From Eledone cirrhosa (lineage: Eukaryota): a stretch of 64,000 bases of DNA. Every line of letters starts with the position of its first letter. The stretch's first letter is position 1. A program made the translations under genes and the position numbers. The notes beneath the pieces were generated by a model. The model had not been told where the DNA came from. It saw nothing but the letters and a program-made list of their open reading frames with translations, and searched no databases. Below are positions 14,863 through 28,701 of the stretch, in pieces. The DNA lies in assembly GCA_964016885.1 (NCBI GenBank), contig OZ024757.1, positions 24,056,001 through 24,120,000 on the forward strand. Reading direction: 5' to 3'.

Positions 14863-15128
14863 CATATATTGAGTTAGAAACTCAAAATAGTCTTTTACAA
14901 TTAAATAGCTCAAGGAAGGGAATCTTTCCGAGCCGTGTAATACAATTGAATAAATGAGAGGGATGACCACCGATACAACTATACATGTGTTCGAATTGCA
15001 AATGACCAAGTTAGCTAGGTTTAAAGAATACTAATTTAAAACAATATTGTTTTAAATTAGTATTTTTTCGGTGTTCATCCCTCTCATATATTCAATTGTA
15101 TATATAGATAGATATTTATATATATATA

Positions 15129-15712
15129 CTAGCTAAAGTACCCGTCCTTTCGACGGTTCAAGTAGCTTTCGATGTAGCTCATTAAACTAAACAAAGTAAA
15201 TTTGAATACATAGAAGAAAAACGTACTTTATGTAAAAATGAAAACCTTAGGCACTATTCCAGCGAAATAATTAATATGTGAGCTCGGTGTCATCCATTAT
15301 CCCATGTAACAACAGAAATCCAGTCTAGGTATACATTTTTTTGACAACAGTAAAACCTTTTGTTTCAAGTACAAAGAGTAAAGTAAAATCCGAATGAGCC
15401 GAATTGTAATAACCAAAATCCCAAAACAAAATTTTTGACAACATCAAAAATGAGTTCCTATTGTATTGACGAAAGATAACTCTTGTCTTACTTAATCACG
15501 AAAATTGACACAAATAACCGAAACTTTTTTAATGTCTCCAAAGGCCCCAATATCGATTTTTGAAAGCCTTTGTAGATCATGTACAGGTTTTGTGCAAGGA
15601 GAAGTTCTGTAAAAAATTTCAAGGAAATCGCATGAATTGTTATAGAATATAGGAGCCCTCATTAAAAATTGTCCACACATACACACACAGAAAACTTCAG
15701 CTTTATATATAT
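15129..15712 (-). mobile_element. Non-autonomous Helitron-like element
   Basis: 3' hairpin CCGTCGAAAGGACGG followed by CTAG|T; 5' end TATATAAAGCTGAAGTT.TCTGTGTG merges into (TA)n. Confidence 0.6.
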
Positions 15713-15718
15713 ATATAT

Positions 15719-15774
<56 letters not shown>

Positions 15775-15803
15775 TATATATATATAAAATTAATAATAAA
15801 ACC

Positions 15804-15851
<48 letters not shown>

Positions 15852-15854
<3 letters not shown>

Positions 15855-16043
15855 CAAAGGAATTGTGGTAAGGAACCAAATGGACCATAACGCACCAGAG
15901 TAATCAATACTTAGGGTAGTAAAGTGGGAAATAGGAAAAAGTATGACCCCGACGACAGAGCTCAAGCCGTTTCGACGTCTATTTCTGGACTCAGAAATAG
16001 CCGTCGAAACGGCTTGAGCTCTGCCGCCGGGGTCTTACTTTTT

Positions 16044-16046
<3 letters not shown>
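15852..16046 (-). mobile_element. Family X, copy 4
   Basis: Reverse orientation, tail on the left, (TA)n on both sides. Confidence 0.75.
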
Positions 16047-16117
<71 letters not shown>

Positions 16118-16339
16118 AGTTTATATGGCCTACTCTTGTAACGACACTCCATTGATTCATTGGTTCTCCCCCCCCCCCTCACAAACCAACAACAAGCTGC
16201 CACGCCTTTTTTTATTATGCCAAACCACTTTTTAAAAGACCACCTCTTGCAACAGCTGTGACTTCTCGCTTTGTTCTAGCCAGTAGTTCCAACTGGATTT
16301 TCTTCATTTGGTTGTTTGCTCGTTTCCTCCCCGCCTCCC

Positions 16340-16431
16340 CTCTACCCGCCGCCGCCGCCGCCGCCACCACCAGCTACCAGCTACAACAACAAGAACGACA
16401 CTACCACTATTACCATTTTCACCACCTCATG

Positions 16432-16474
<43 letters not shown>

Positions 16475-19208
16475 CCAACAACAACAACCATTACCATTTT
16501 AGTATATAATCCTTTTGATACCAAACCACCCAAAACAGCCCCAGCAGTACAGCCATTACCATTTTCACCACCATTATCACGACCTGTATCACCACCACCA
16601 CCACCACCACCACACCACCACCACCACCACCACCACCACCACCAGCAACACTACCACTACCACCACCATCACCACCACTACACCATCACCGCCACCACCA
16701 CTACACCATCACCACCACCACCACACCACAACCAGCAACACTACCACCACCACCACCACCACCACTACACCATCACCACCACCACCACACCATCACCACC
16801 ACCACACCACAACCAGCAACACTACCACCACCACCACCATCACCACCACCACACCACAACCAGCAACACTACCACTACCACCACCACCACTACACCATCA
16901 CCACCACCACCACTACACCATCACCACCACCACCACTACACCATCACCACCACCACCACACCATCACCACCACCACACCACAACCAGCAACACTACCACC
17001 ACCACCACCACCACCACCACCACCACCACTACACCATCACCACCACTACACCATCACCACCACCACCACACCATCACCACCACCACACCACAACCAGCAA
17101 CACTACCACCACCACCACCACCAGCAAAACTACCACTAACACCACTATCACCACTATCACCAACACCACCACTATCGACACTTCTAGCACCTGTATCACA
17201 AACCCCACCACCACCACCACCAGCAACACTACCACCACCACCACCACCACCACCACCACCACCACCACCACCACTACACCATCACCACCACCACCACTAC
17301 TACACCATCACCACCACCACCACTACACCATCACCACCACCACCACACCATCACCACCACCACACCACAACCAGCAACACTACCACCACCACTACCACCA
17401 CCACCACCACTACACCATCACCACCACCACCACTACACCATCACCACCACCACCACACCATCACCACCACCACACCACAACCAGCAACACTACCACCACC
17501 ACCACCACCACCACCACCACCAGCAAAACTACCACTAACACCACTATCACCACTATCACCAACACCACCACTATCGACACTTCTAGCACCTGTATCACAA
17601 ACCCCACCACCACCACCACCAGCAACACTACCACCAACACCACCAACACCACCACCACCACCACCACCATCAACACTACCAACACCACCACCAGCAACAC
17701 TACCACCACCATCACCTCCACCACCACCATCGACACCTCTAGCACCTGTATCACCACCACCACCACCACCAACACCACCACCACCACCAACACCACCACC
17801 ACCACCAGCAACACTACCAACACCATCACCATCACCATCACCTCCACCACCACCATCGACACCTCTAGCACCTGTATCACCACCACCACCACCACCAACA
17901 CCACCACCACCACCAACATCACCACCACCACCAGCAACACTACCAACACCACCACCACCACCATCACCATCACCATCACCTCCACCACCACCATCGACAC
18001 CTCTAGCACCTGTATCACCACCACCACCACCAACACCACCACCACCACCAGCAGCAACACTACCAACACCACCACCATCACCATCACCATCACCTCCACC
18101 ATCGACACCTCTAGCACCTGTATCACCACCACCACCACCACCACCACCACCACCAGCAACACTACCAACACCACCACCATCACCATCACCTCCACCACCA
18201 CCATCGACACCTCTAGCACCTGTATCACCACCACCACCACCACCACCACCACCACCACCACCAGCAACACTACCAACACCACCACCATCACCATCACCTC
18301 CACCACCACCATCGACACCTCTAGCACCTGTATCACCACCACCACCACCAACACCACCAGCAACACTACCAACACCACCACCACCACCACCACCTCCACC
18401 ACCACCATCGACACCTCTAGCACCTGTATCACCACCACCACCACCAACACCACCACCACCACCAGCAGCAACACTACCAACACCACCACCACCACCATCA
18501 CCATCACCTCCACCATCGACACCTCTAGCACCTGTATCACCACCACCACCACCACCACCACCACCACCACCACCACCAGCAACACTACCAACACCACCAC
18601 CATCACCATCACCATCACCATCACCTCCACCATCGACACCTCTAGCACCTGTATCACCACCACCACCACCACCACCTCCACCAACACCACCACCATTAGT
18701 ATTACTGTATTTGATTAGTCAATGCAGTAGGAGTTGGTATAAATGTTTGAAAGCAATCATTAATAAGCAAGTGAAATGTCCGGTTTCTATAATATCGATT
18801 AGGTGGAGTTGTGAAAGTGTGTGGCTTAGTGGTTAGGGCGTTCGACTCTCCATCGCAAGGCCGTGATTTCGATTCCAGTCGGTGCATTCTTCAGGGCTCT
18901 TCATTTCACGTTGCTCAAGCTCTATTGGCCGGCCTTATCACACTCACTAATACCACCACTACCCCGCCACCACCACCACCACCAGCAACACCACCACCAC
19001 CACCACCACCATCACCACCAGAATTACCACGTTCATCATTACTACTACCACCACCTCCACCACCACCACCACCACAGTTACTAATACCACCACCACTCCT
19101 ATCACCAGAACTACCACCACCAACACCACCACTCCCTCTACCACCACCACTCCCTCCACCACCTCCACCACCACTTCTCCCTTCACCACCAGAACTACCA
19201 CTACTACA
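16340..19208. repeat. (CCA)n-based compound minisatellite
   Basis: CCA/ACC runs with recurring anchors CCATCGACACCTCTAGCACCTGTATCA and CCAGCAACACTACCA; interrupted at 18700-18950. Confidence 0.93.
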
Positions 19209-19362
19209 CATGGGTCACATATGTGTTGTCTGAGGGCCTCACATGACAACTAACTGCGCACATTACAACTAATTTTACGAAGATAAAATATGTCCGCACT
19301 GTAAAAAACCTTTGTGCGGGTCGCAGGTGTGCTTGTAAAGGGCCGCATGTTTGACATGCCTG
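19209..19362. mobile_element. hAT-like DNA transposon end fragment (second copy 32636-32803)
   Basis: Both copies share GTCACATATGTGTTGTCTGAG...GGGCCGCATGT...TGCCTG; minus strand begins CAGGCATGTCAAAC. Confidence 0.5.
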
Positions 19363-19789
19363 ATATAGACTGTTTATTTTAAAGTGTTCATATTCTTCTA
19401 GAAAGGTCAACATAATTTTATGAGAACCTTTGTTAAGTTATGTGCCATACGCCAGCTTAATAATGAGGAAGTTACATTACTAAATTTTTCCAAATTTTTG
19501 ATTATTTTCAAAAATAGTTGAAAATCATAGACAGTCTTTCATTAGTATGCTCGCTTTCGTCATGAATAACAATAGATTTTGCACCTAGAAAGGTCTTCTC
19601 CGAGGTACAAACCAGGACAAAGTAGTTTTATAGAAAACTAGCAGTCACCCTTGCATACCAGTCTCCCTTCTACAAGCAACCGATGTTGTCCAAGGGGAAG
19701 ATAAAGGCCGATACAGCTTGGCAGCAATGACTTCTAAATCATACTATACATATACATATATAGATAGATAGATACGTTTATGCATAGAT

Positions 19790-21390
19790 ACAAAGAAACA
19801 TGGTAAACATTAATAGAGAGACCAGATCTTAAAATATCCTCGATGTCAACCATACACAGAACTCGATGCAATGATAATAAACAAGGGAAGGCTGTCTCTA
19901 AAATCTGTCTACAAGGTATGATACTAGGAAAGGACATCTCAAAGGTAAATGGAGAGACCAGATGTTATATTTCGATGGCAACCATTGACAGAACTCAACA
20001 CAATGACAGTATATAGGGATTTCTCTAAAATCTGTCTGGAATGTGTAACACATGGAAAAAGAATATGGGGACACTACGATAGTAGATGGAAGAGACCAGA
20101 TATTAAGATGGTCTCAAATTTGCCCATAGACAGGACTCAATACAATGACAACACTGAGGAGGGTATCTGTGAAACCTGTCTGGATGGTATGTTACTGAGA
20201 GAGAAAACCCTAGGACTTTTCAGTGGTAGATAGATCAGATGTTATAATAGCATCAATGTTAACCGTAAAAAGAACTCAATACATTGACAAGTAACAAAAC
20301 GAGAGTCTCTAAAACCTGTCTGGTGGGTGTAGTACTTGGAAGGAGAACTGTAGGACACCCCAGTGGTAGATAGAGAGGTTAGATGTTATAATAATGTCAA
20401 TGTTAACCACGGGTCGAACTCAACACAGTGACAATAAATAGGAATTTCAATAAAATCTGCCTGGAAGGTATGGTACTGGGAAAGAGAAACAAGAACACCC
20501 CTGTAGTAGATAGAGAGACCAGGGGTCATGATAGTTGCAATGTTAACCCTAGACAGAACTCTATATAGTGACAACAAACAGGAACTAACTCTAAAATCTG
20601 CCTGGAAGGTAGGGTACTGGGAAAGAGAAACAAGAACACCCCTGTAGTAGATAGAGAGACCAGGGGTCATGATAGTTGCAATGTTAACCCTAGACAGAAC
20701 TCTATATAGTGACAACAAACAGGAACTAACTCTAAAATCTGCCTGGAAGGTATGGTACTGGGAAAGAGAAACAAGAACACCCCTGTAGTAGATAGAGAGA
20801 CCAGGGGTCATGATAGTTGCAATGTTAACCCTAGACAGAACTCAATCATTGACAAGAAACAAAACGAGTCTCTAAAACCTGTCTGGAGGGTGTAGTGCTG
20901 GGAAAGAGAACCCTAGGACACCCCAGTGGTAGATAGAGAGGTTAGGTGTTATAATAGTTTCAAATTTAACCCTAGACAGAATCAAATACATTGACAACAA
21001 ATAGGAGGAGAGCTAACTCTAAAATCTGCCTGGAAGTTATGATACTGGGAAAGAAAACCTTAGGAGACCCCTGTAGTGGATAGAAAGACCAGGTATGGTG
21101 ATAGTTCCAATGTTAACCATAGACACTAAACTGCATCCAGTGGCAAGGCTCCAGTTCGGGAGTTCAGGAGCTGTGGGGAATGTGGCGTTACCCCCTAGTT
21201 GTTATCACTCCTAGGTCTGCTCTGGCCCGGAGTAGTAGTACCAGTTAGGGCCCCATTTATGGGTTAAATAATTACCTTACTCGAGTGGCACCGGTAAGGT
21301 ATTATCAGATCAGCCATTGAAAAGAACATCTGGGGAATTTTACCCGCCTTAGATAGATAACCATAGACAGAACCGAGAACAGAGACAACA
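19790..21390. repeat. 141-bp tandem satellite (~10 units)
   Basis: TAAAATCTGCCTGG at 20451, 20592 and 20733; central units nearly identical, outer units diverged. Confidence 0.92.
21126..21357 (+). mobile_element. Short retroposon with an RTE-type tail, inserted in the 141-bp satellite
   Basis: 12-bp TSD TAACCATAGACA; ends TTTTACCCGCCTTAGATAGAT, as does the RTE end at 2480-2500. Confidence 0.8.
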
Positions 21391-21691
21391 GGTAGAAATG
21401 TAGAAATGGAGGTTACATGTCGATGACGTTTAGTAATCTGTTGTAAGCGGAAATAACGATTAAGAAAGAATTAAGTATAACATTTGTCTTTGTCACTGTC
21501 TAAGCAACAATACCTTCTAGTTGTTATTCCCTCCCCTATAACCAACAGTTGTCAACTCCCTTCCCCGTAATTACAACGTCCTATTATAACAGCCAGAATA
21601 ACAATAGACCAACTCAGTATGTCTGTAACCTTGACAACGTCACTAAACTTAAACACCTGCTCTCTCCCTCTCTCTCTCCCTCTCTCTCACT

Positions 21692-21790
<99 letters not shown>

Positions 21791-21927
21791 CTTTCTTGTT
21801 CTCTCTACACGCATGCACACACACGCACATGTGTGTGTGATGTACACTATATGTATACATATACACATAAATACATAAAAATACATATACACATAAATAC
21901 ATGTATATATATATGTATTTATATATG

Positions 21928-21971
<44 letters not shown>

Positions 21972-22335
21972 TATGTATATATATATACACACATACACAT
22001 TTATATAATACAATAGGCGCACACATGCACACACCTACGTGCACACATATACACTCACATACTGATTGTTGTTTCTTTTACTCTGCTGTTTTCAGTCACT
22101 TGACTACGGCCATGCTGGAGCACAACTGCCAAGGGTTCGATTTGATTATATAGCCTCCTTTCTCACCTTCACTACCACATTATCAACCTAATAAAGTGTC
22201 AAATGTTAACCAGGGTGGGGTTTGACCCATACTCTAAAGCTGAAGCGCTACCGCCCACCAGGGGGCGTTGAGATATTCCAAGGGGGCGGTGGGGCCTCAG
22301 GGGTAGGTAGATATGATATAGTAGTGTATCAAATG

Positions 22336-22393
<58 letters not shown>

Positions 22394-22488
22394 GTAGAAC
22401 ACTGGAAGGTAATATCCGTAGTGCTAGAGCACTCAGTCCATGGGACGAGTTAGGTAGAAGTGGTTACACAACAGTTAGTTCACCATAC

Positions 22489-22526
22489 CGAGAACAATTG
22501 TTTCACCTTAGCGGATCTTCAGCTCG
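22489..22526 (-). ncRNA. Minimal type I hammerhead ribozyme motif (inverted copy)
   Basis: Minus strand CGAG-CTGAAGA-TCCGCTAAGGT-GAAAC-AATT-GTT-CTCG; palindromic helix III ACAATTGT. Confidence 0.72.
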
Positions 22527-22569
22527 TAATGGACATGGTTCTTCCTGTTCCGTATAACCATGTCCATTA

Positions 22570-22607
22570 CGAGCTGAGGATCCACTAAGGTGAAACAAAT
22601 GTTCTCG
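22570..22607 (+). ncRNA. Minimal type I hammerhead ribozyme motif
   Basis: CGAG-CTGAGGA-TCCACTAAGGT-GAAAC-AAAT-GTT-CTCG: helix I CGAG/CTCG, short helix II, GUU triplet. Confidence 0.68.
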
Positions 22608-24070
22608 GTATGGTGAACTAACTGTTGTGTAACCACTTCTATATATATATATGTATAGTAAAATAAAAAAACTATATAATATTTATTTATGCAGAGTATA
22701 TATTATATTATTTATCATATATAAATTAACGATTTTATCTATTATATATTACAATTTGAGCATTGGCAGGTCTCTCTGGAAATAGTTGTGGGGGCGTTGA
22801 AGGTTTTACGTGGCCGTGAGAGGGTGGTGGTGGCCCCAAAAGTTTGAGAACCTCTGTTTTAAAGGGACGTAACTACACACAAGATACGTATGTTGTTGCG
22901 TGTCGTGTAAAAGAGTTCATATTTAAACCTATAAGGCAGGTGAGAGGAGGGGGGGGGGGGACATCATTTGATTTGCTGAAAATAGCAGCCGAGCTTCACT
23001 CAAATCGCATAGTGCTGTCTTTTATTGGAAGGTCACATTGACTAATGCAGATCATCAATACACATAGATGAGCTGGAAGTGATAACTGAGACACTCTTTG
23101 ACTCATTGATCCCTTATATCATGACCGACATAGGGCTGAATAAAAGCAACGACGACAACAACAACAATATTTGGCGGTGAATTTGGTAGAACTGTTAGAG
23201 CGTCGGACAAAAATACCTTGTGGTATTTGTTTCGTTTTTTTTAAATATTTTATTTTTGTGTTCCGAGTTCATCTCTCGTGGTTAACATATAAGGTATACT
23301 TAATCCGTCACCCAGTTTAACACCAACACTTGATTCGTGGATGATTACGTTGTTGCAAGCATTCAAGCTGGTTCTTCTGTTTAAGAACACAACCTCCTTC
23401 CTTCCATTTTCTAACCACCTCCTGGTTAAGCAACACCAACAGCAGCATGAACAACAACAACAAATCCCTCTCTAGTTACAAGAATAATTATAAATGGCGT
23501 TGATTGGTTGGTGTTGAAGATCGCTGACCAACTGTTTTTGAGTTTGGCTAATCATATTAAAAAGTGATCAAATTATCTAGACCTTGTTATATTGTCTTTG
23601 TTTTAGTTGAGCTACGGATCAACTGTTCTTGAGTTGAGCTAATCATCTTACGCATTGGTCAATAAATCTGGACTTTATTTTTTCTTTGTTTGAGGTGGGT
23701 GGATGTAAAGTTCTAAGAATTTGGTTAAAAAACAATAATCCTTCCAGAGAAGTGGGCGTCAGCGGTGACGGAGAAGATATATTGTAGTAAGGGAATTTGG
23801 AAGTTACCTCTACCAGATCGATTGGCTGTTTAGAAGCTTACGTACATACATATAAACACAAAATTTATACTTTGGAGAATACTATATATTCTCAAGAGTT
23901 CTCGTGAGTGACAGAAGGAGATACACATTCTTGACAAAGGGCAATAACCCAGAAAGAACATTGTCAATTGTTTCTCTGCGCCACCGTTAGAACAAAAGGA
24001 TGCAATGGTCATCTAAAACACAGCGTAAAGAGGCTGTTTGCTTGCAAATGAATCGAATATTATTCGATAT

Positions 24071-24110
<40 letters not shown>

Positions 24111-24195
24111 GTACACAAGGATCTCCAATCCATTTTGTAACACGGAGTAATGTATTTCGATGTTAAAATTTTGCGTATACCCTTGCAGAGTTCAT

Positions 24196-24382
24196 TCGGT
24201 GGATTGGCAGTATCAGTAGAGAGTCGGACGCCATGCTTTCCAGCATGGTTACGTCTCTTTACGATCTGAGTTCAAATCCCGCCGAGGTTGACTTTGCCTT
24301 TCATCCTTACGGGGTCGATAAAATAAAGTACCAGTAATGCACTGGGTAATTGCTGGCCTTGTGCCTAAAGTAGAAAAATTAT
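24196..24382 (+). mobile_element. SINE family 1
   Basis: Same boxes and core as 7076-7268. Confidence 0.85.
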
Positions 24383-25458
24383 TAAATTCTTTGCCTATTT
24401 AACCGCCTCAGACGATCCTCATTGGGTGAAACATATGTAAGAGCTTTTTAAAAATGTGTTTTAACGGCTTGCTTCTCTTTCATCAATTTTTTCGATTATA
24501 TATATATATATATATATACACGTGTGTGTGTTGAACCTCCGTCTGTTACGACGACGAATATTCCAGTCGATGTAATTAACGTGATAGCCAACTCGTAAAG
24601 TTTACGTGTATGTGACTGAGCATTCGACATATACATGCAATTCTTAACGTGGTTTTCGCGAATACCCGAGAATACGGTATGTGATAAAGCCGATGCTTTG
24701 AACTACAGGTACAGTCCATTATGTATTTATTGTGCAAGGGGCTGATCACGTGTATCTTTAACGTAGTTCTCTTGAAGACTCCGCCTGACAACACTACGTG
24801 ACAAGACCGGTCGTTTGAAATACAGGTACTCTCAGGTTCCAAATAACAGGGATGGGGAATAAGCGCGGAGGATGGGTGGGTTGGATAATCGGTAATTTTT
24901 CTAAGTTGTGTCCGTTGATTTTTTTTAAAAAACCAGAATTAGTTGTTTAGGTTACATATTGAGACCTCCCCCCCCCCCCCCAAACCATCCTATTTATTTC
25001 ATAACGTATCAGATTTCTAGTAATGTACTTTTTTTTGTCATGCATAATGTTTTTATAATAATCTATAAAGAAAATTAATTGTCGCAGAAATGCTACCACA
25101 TAAAATAAAATTTCGTCGGAGATAGATTAGCAAAATTTAGTAAACAAGAGTTGGTGGGAGTGGAATAAGGGCGTGGCGGATCTGAAAAAGTAATAAGTAG
25201 GTGGGGGGGGGGGGCGATTATTCGAGGCCCGAGAGTACAGCTCATTTTTCCAGCTGAGTGGACTGGAGCAACATAAAATGTGTTGCTGAAGAGGACAACT
25301 TGCTGTCATGAACCGAACTTATGTGTTGAGGGTCGCCGAATACACGAACCACTGGACTACGCTTTCACGGAAGCTGTTATGTATGTTTAGAAACTTATTG
25401 ACAAAAGGGAGATAAATCATTGAAGTTAATGAGAGAATGTTATTTGAAGTGAAAGTTA

Positions 25459-25646
25459 GGGCGGTGGATTGGCAGTACCGGTAGAGGGTCAGACGCCATG
25501 CTGTGAAGCATAGAGTTACGTCCCTTTACGATCTAAGTTCAAATCTCGCCGAGGTTAACTTTGCCTTTCATCCTTAAAGGGTCGATAAAATAAAGTACCA
25601 GTAATGTACTGGGTAATTGCTGGCCTTGTGCCAAAAGTAGAAACAG
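25459..25646 (+). mobile_element. SINE family 1 with 18-bp target-site duplication
   Basis: GTTATTTGAAGTGAAAGT on both sides. Confidence 0.88.
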
Positions 25647-26053
25647 TTATTTGAAGTGAAAGTAGACGGAATCTTTTTATTATTGTGTGACTGCAAAGCT
25701 GTGCTTCAACTTATAAGATCGATATCTCTCCTATACACACACACTAGTGTATATATATATATAACTTTTTACTTTCTATAATAAAATGAATATGCCTATA
25801 CTCTAATGTATTGAGTACCTTTTTTGACAGTAGCCGCCCCCCGTGTTACCTCGGGGTCCTACACACATACATACATTCATTCATGCATACTTCAATAATA
25901 GACAAATTCAGAGTTGGAACAACAAAGCCACGCTTGGGAAGAAGTAAATGAGAGTTTCAACGTATCGGACAGAAGTCCTTCGTTTTCACATCTCGGACCA
26001 TGTTTAATATATGTGTGAGTATGTATATATATATATATAAGATTCCTACTTAC

Positions 26054-26487
26054 TGAGCTCGTAAGTCATCCAGCTCGTCTTCCAAAGTCCCAATACGGGC
26101 CTTAAGGTTGCTATTTTCATTGTTGGAGTCATCTAGAAGTTTCTTTGTCTCATCAATCTCGGCTTGGTACATCGCTTTAATCGGATCGATGTTAAAATCC
26201 CGTTTCGATTTCTTCAGGGCCTCTTTTAGAGTGTTGTTCTCCGCCTCAAGAAAACGTACCTTTTCGATATAATTGGCAAACCTTTCGTTCAAATCCTGCA
26301 TCTCCTTCCTCTCCTTTTCTCTGTTCGATCTAATATCAGTGACCCCTCTGCGCGAGATCGACGTAACCACGCCTGTTTGAAAACCCACGGGCGCCATTGA
26401 AAAACTACGAGATTGTCGAGTATTCGACATGGTAGAAGAGTATGGTCTCGTTCTGCGTTGAACGGATTTTAGTGCCTGGTTATTCAT
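26054..26487 (-). CDS. Cytoplasmic intermediate filament protein, first coding exon (head, coil 1A, start of coil 1B); provisional gene B
   Basis: ATG at 26487; Ser/Arg-rich head, then EKERKEMQDLNERFANYIEKVRFLEAEN (IF coil 1A signature); ends GCT CA|gtaagt (phase 2), 434 nt. Confidence 0.95.
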
Positions 26488-26730
26488 GGTTGTGAGTTGT
26501 GGTTATTATTTTAATATTAATATATTATTACTATTACTGCTTTTGCAGTTGTTGTTGTTGTTGTTGTTGTTGTTATGTGTAAGGACTCTCCGTGTCTTTA
26601 ATGGGTGTAAAAAATCTTTTCTGCGGCTTCAAGAAAGAAATCCTCTGGCTTTGGGTGAGAAAACGGAAGAAAACTAAGTGACCAGCTTGGGAATCTCTGC
26701 CAACTGCGGAAACTTGCGAGGCCCTCACTT

Positions 26731-26749
26731 CTTATATATATATATATAG
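26731..26749 (-). promoter_or_regulatory. Candidate TATA box of IF gene B
   Basis: Minus strand reads TATATATATATATATAAG about 250 nt upstream of the ATG, in otherwise non-microsatellite sequence; a (CAA)n-containing leader follows. Confidence 0.5.
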
Positions 26750-26799
26750 TGGCGGTGGTGGGGAAGTGTCGTGTGGAAGATGAAGAAGAAGGTGACGGA

Positions 26800-27317
26800 C
26801 CACTAGGGAGAGAGGGAGGGTCAGAAGGAGGACCACATGAGTGAGAGAGGGAAAGGGTGAGAACAGGAGAGGAAATTAGAAAGTGAGAGAAGAGAGCAAA
26901 ACGAAGTAGCAGGGAGAGGAGAGAGAGAGAGAGAGAGAGCGCGCACGGCAGAGAAATTGAGAGAGAGGAGGGGAGAAAGAGAGGGTGAGAAGAGAGACAC
27001 AGAAAGTGAGAGAGAATAGCAGAAAGAGGGAGAGAGAGAGGAGGCGAAGAGAGAAACAGCGAGAGGGAGAGAGACAAAGTGAGAGAAAGCGAGTGTGAGC
27101 GGCAGACAGAGGGGGGGGGGGGGGAGAAAAAGCGTGTATATAGAAGACAGAGGAACAAAGAGAAGAGAACAGGGAGAGGAGTAGGGAGAGGCGAAAGAAA
27201 GAGTGACAAAGATAGCGAGAGAGTAACGGGTGTGTGTGCAAATAATAGTGATGGGGGAGGAGGGAATAATATAGAAACAATAGAGAGTGTGTGTGTTTGT
27301 GTGTGAGTGTATGTGTA

Positions 27318-27353
<36 letters not shown>

Positions 27354-28246
27354 AGAGAGTGTGTTAGTGATAAAGAGGAGAGAGAATCAAGAAACAATAG
27401 AGTGCATGTGCGTGTTTGTGTGTATCTGTGTGTGTGTGTCTCTGTGAGTGTATGTCTGTGTGTGTGTATGTGTGTGTGTGTGTACCTGTGTATGTGTGTG
27501 TGTGTGTGTACCTGTGTATGTCTGTGTGTGTGTGTGTGTGAGTGTGTGTGTACCTGTGTGTGTGAGTGTGTGTACCTGTGTGTGTGAGTGTGTGTGTACC
27601 TGTGTGTGTGAGTGTGTGTGTACCTGTGTGTGTGAAAGGGTGAGGAAAGATAAAGAAGAAAAACCGAGCTTTAACAACCTGTGACAGTTTATAGAACACA
27701 GATACACACACAGACACACACACATACATACACACAGATACACACACACAGACACATACACACAGATACACACACATAGACATACACACACAGACACACA
27801 CACATACATACACACAGATACACACACACAGACACATACACACAGATACATACACATACAGACACACACACATACATACACACAGATACACATATACACA
27901 CACACAGACATACACACACACATACACACACACAGACATACACACACACAGACATACACACACACATACACACACACACAGACATACACACACATAGATA
28001 TACACACACACACACACACACAGACATATACACACACATATACACACACACAGATACACACAGATACACACATATACACACACAGATACACACACACATA
28101 CACGTACACACACATATCTATATATATCTATATATACATATATGTGTGTGTATGTAGACACACACGCACACATATCCATGTCTCTCTCTATATATATGTA
28201 TATGTGTGTATGTAGACACACACACAGATACACACACACACACATT

Positions 28247-28279
<33 letters not shown>

Positions 28280-28380
28280 GTGTGTATGTAGACACACACA
28301 CACATACATACACACACACATCTATCTCTCTCTCTCTATATATATATATGTGTGTGTATGTAGACACACACACACACACA

Positions 28381-28441
<61 letters not shown>

Positions 28442-28610
28442 ATGTAGACACACACACATATACACACACACACATCTCTCTCTCTCTCTCTATACATATA
28501 TATATATGTGTGTATGTAGACACACACACAGATACACACACACACACACATATCTCTCTCTCTATATATATATATGTGTGTGTATGTAGACACACACACA
28601 CACATATCTA

Positions 28611-28647
<37 letters not shown>

Positions 28648-28670
28648 GTGTATATAGACACACACACATA

Positions 28671-28701
<31 letters not shown>

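Larger units (their letters stand above)
22395..22641 (-). mobile_element. Fold-back mini-element with two minimal hammerheads
   Basis: Inverted repeat ~22455-22540 / 22556-22641, tail 22395-22454, flanked by (TA)n(GA)n and (TA)n. Confidence 0.68.

Noticed and set aside
20386-20811. 141-aa ORF with 47-aa repeats
   Set aside because: By-product of the 141-bp satellite; flanking units break the frame.
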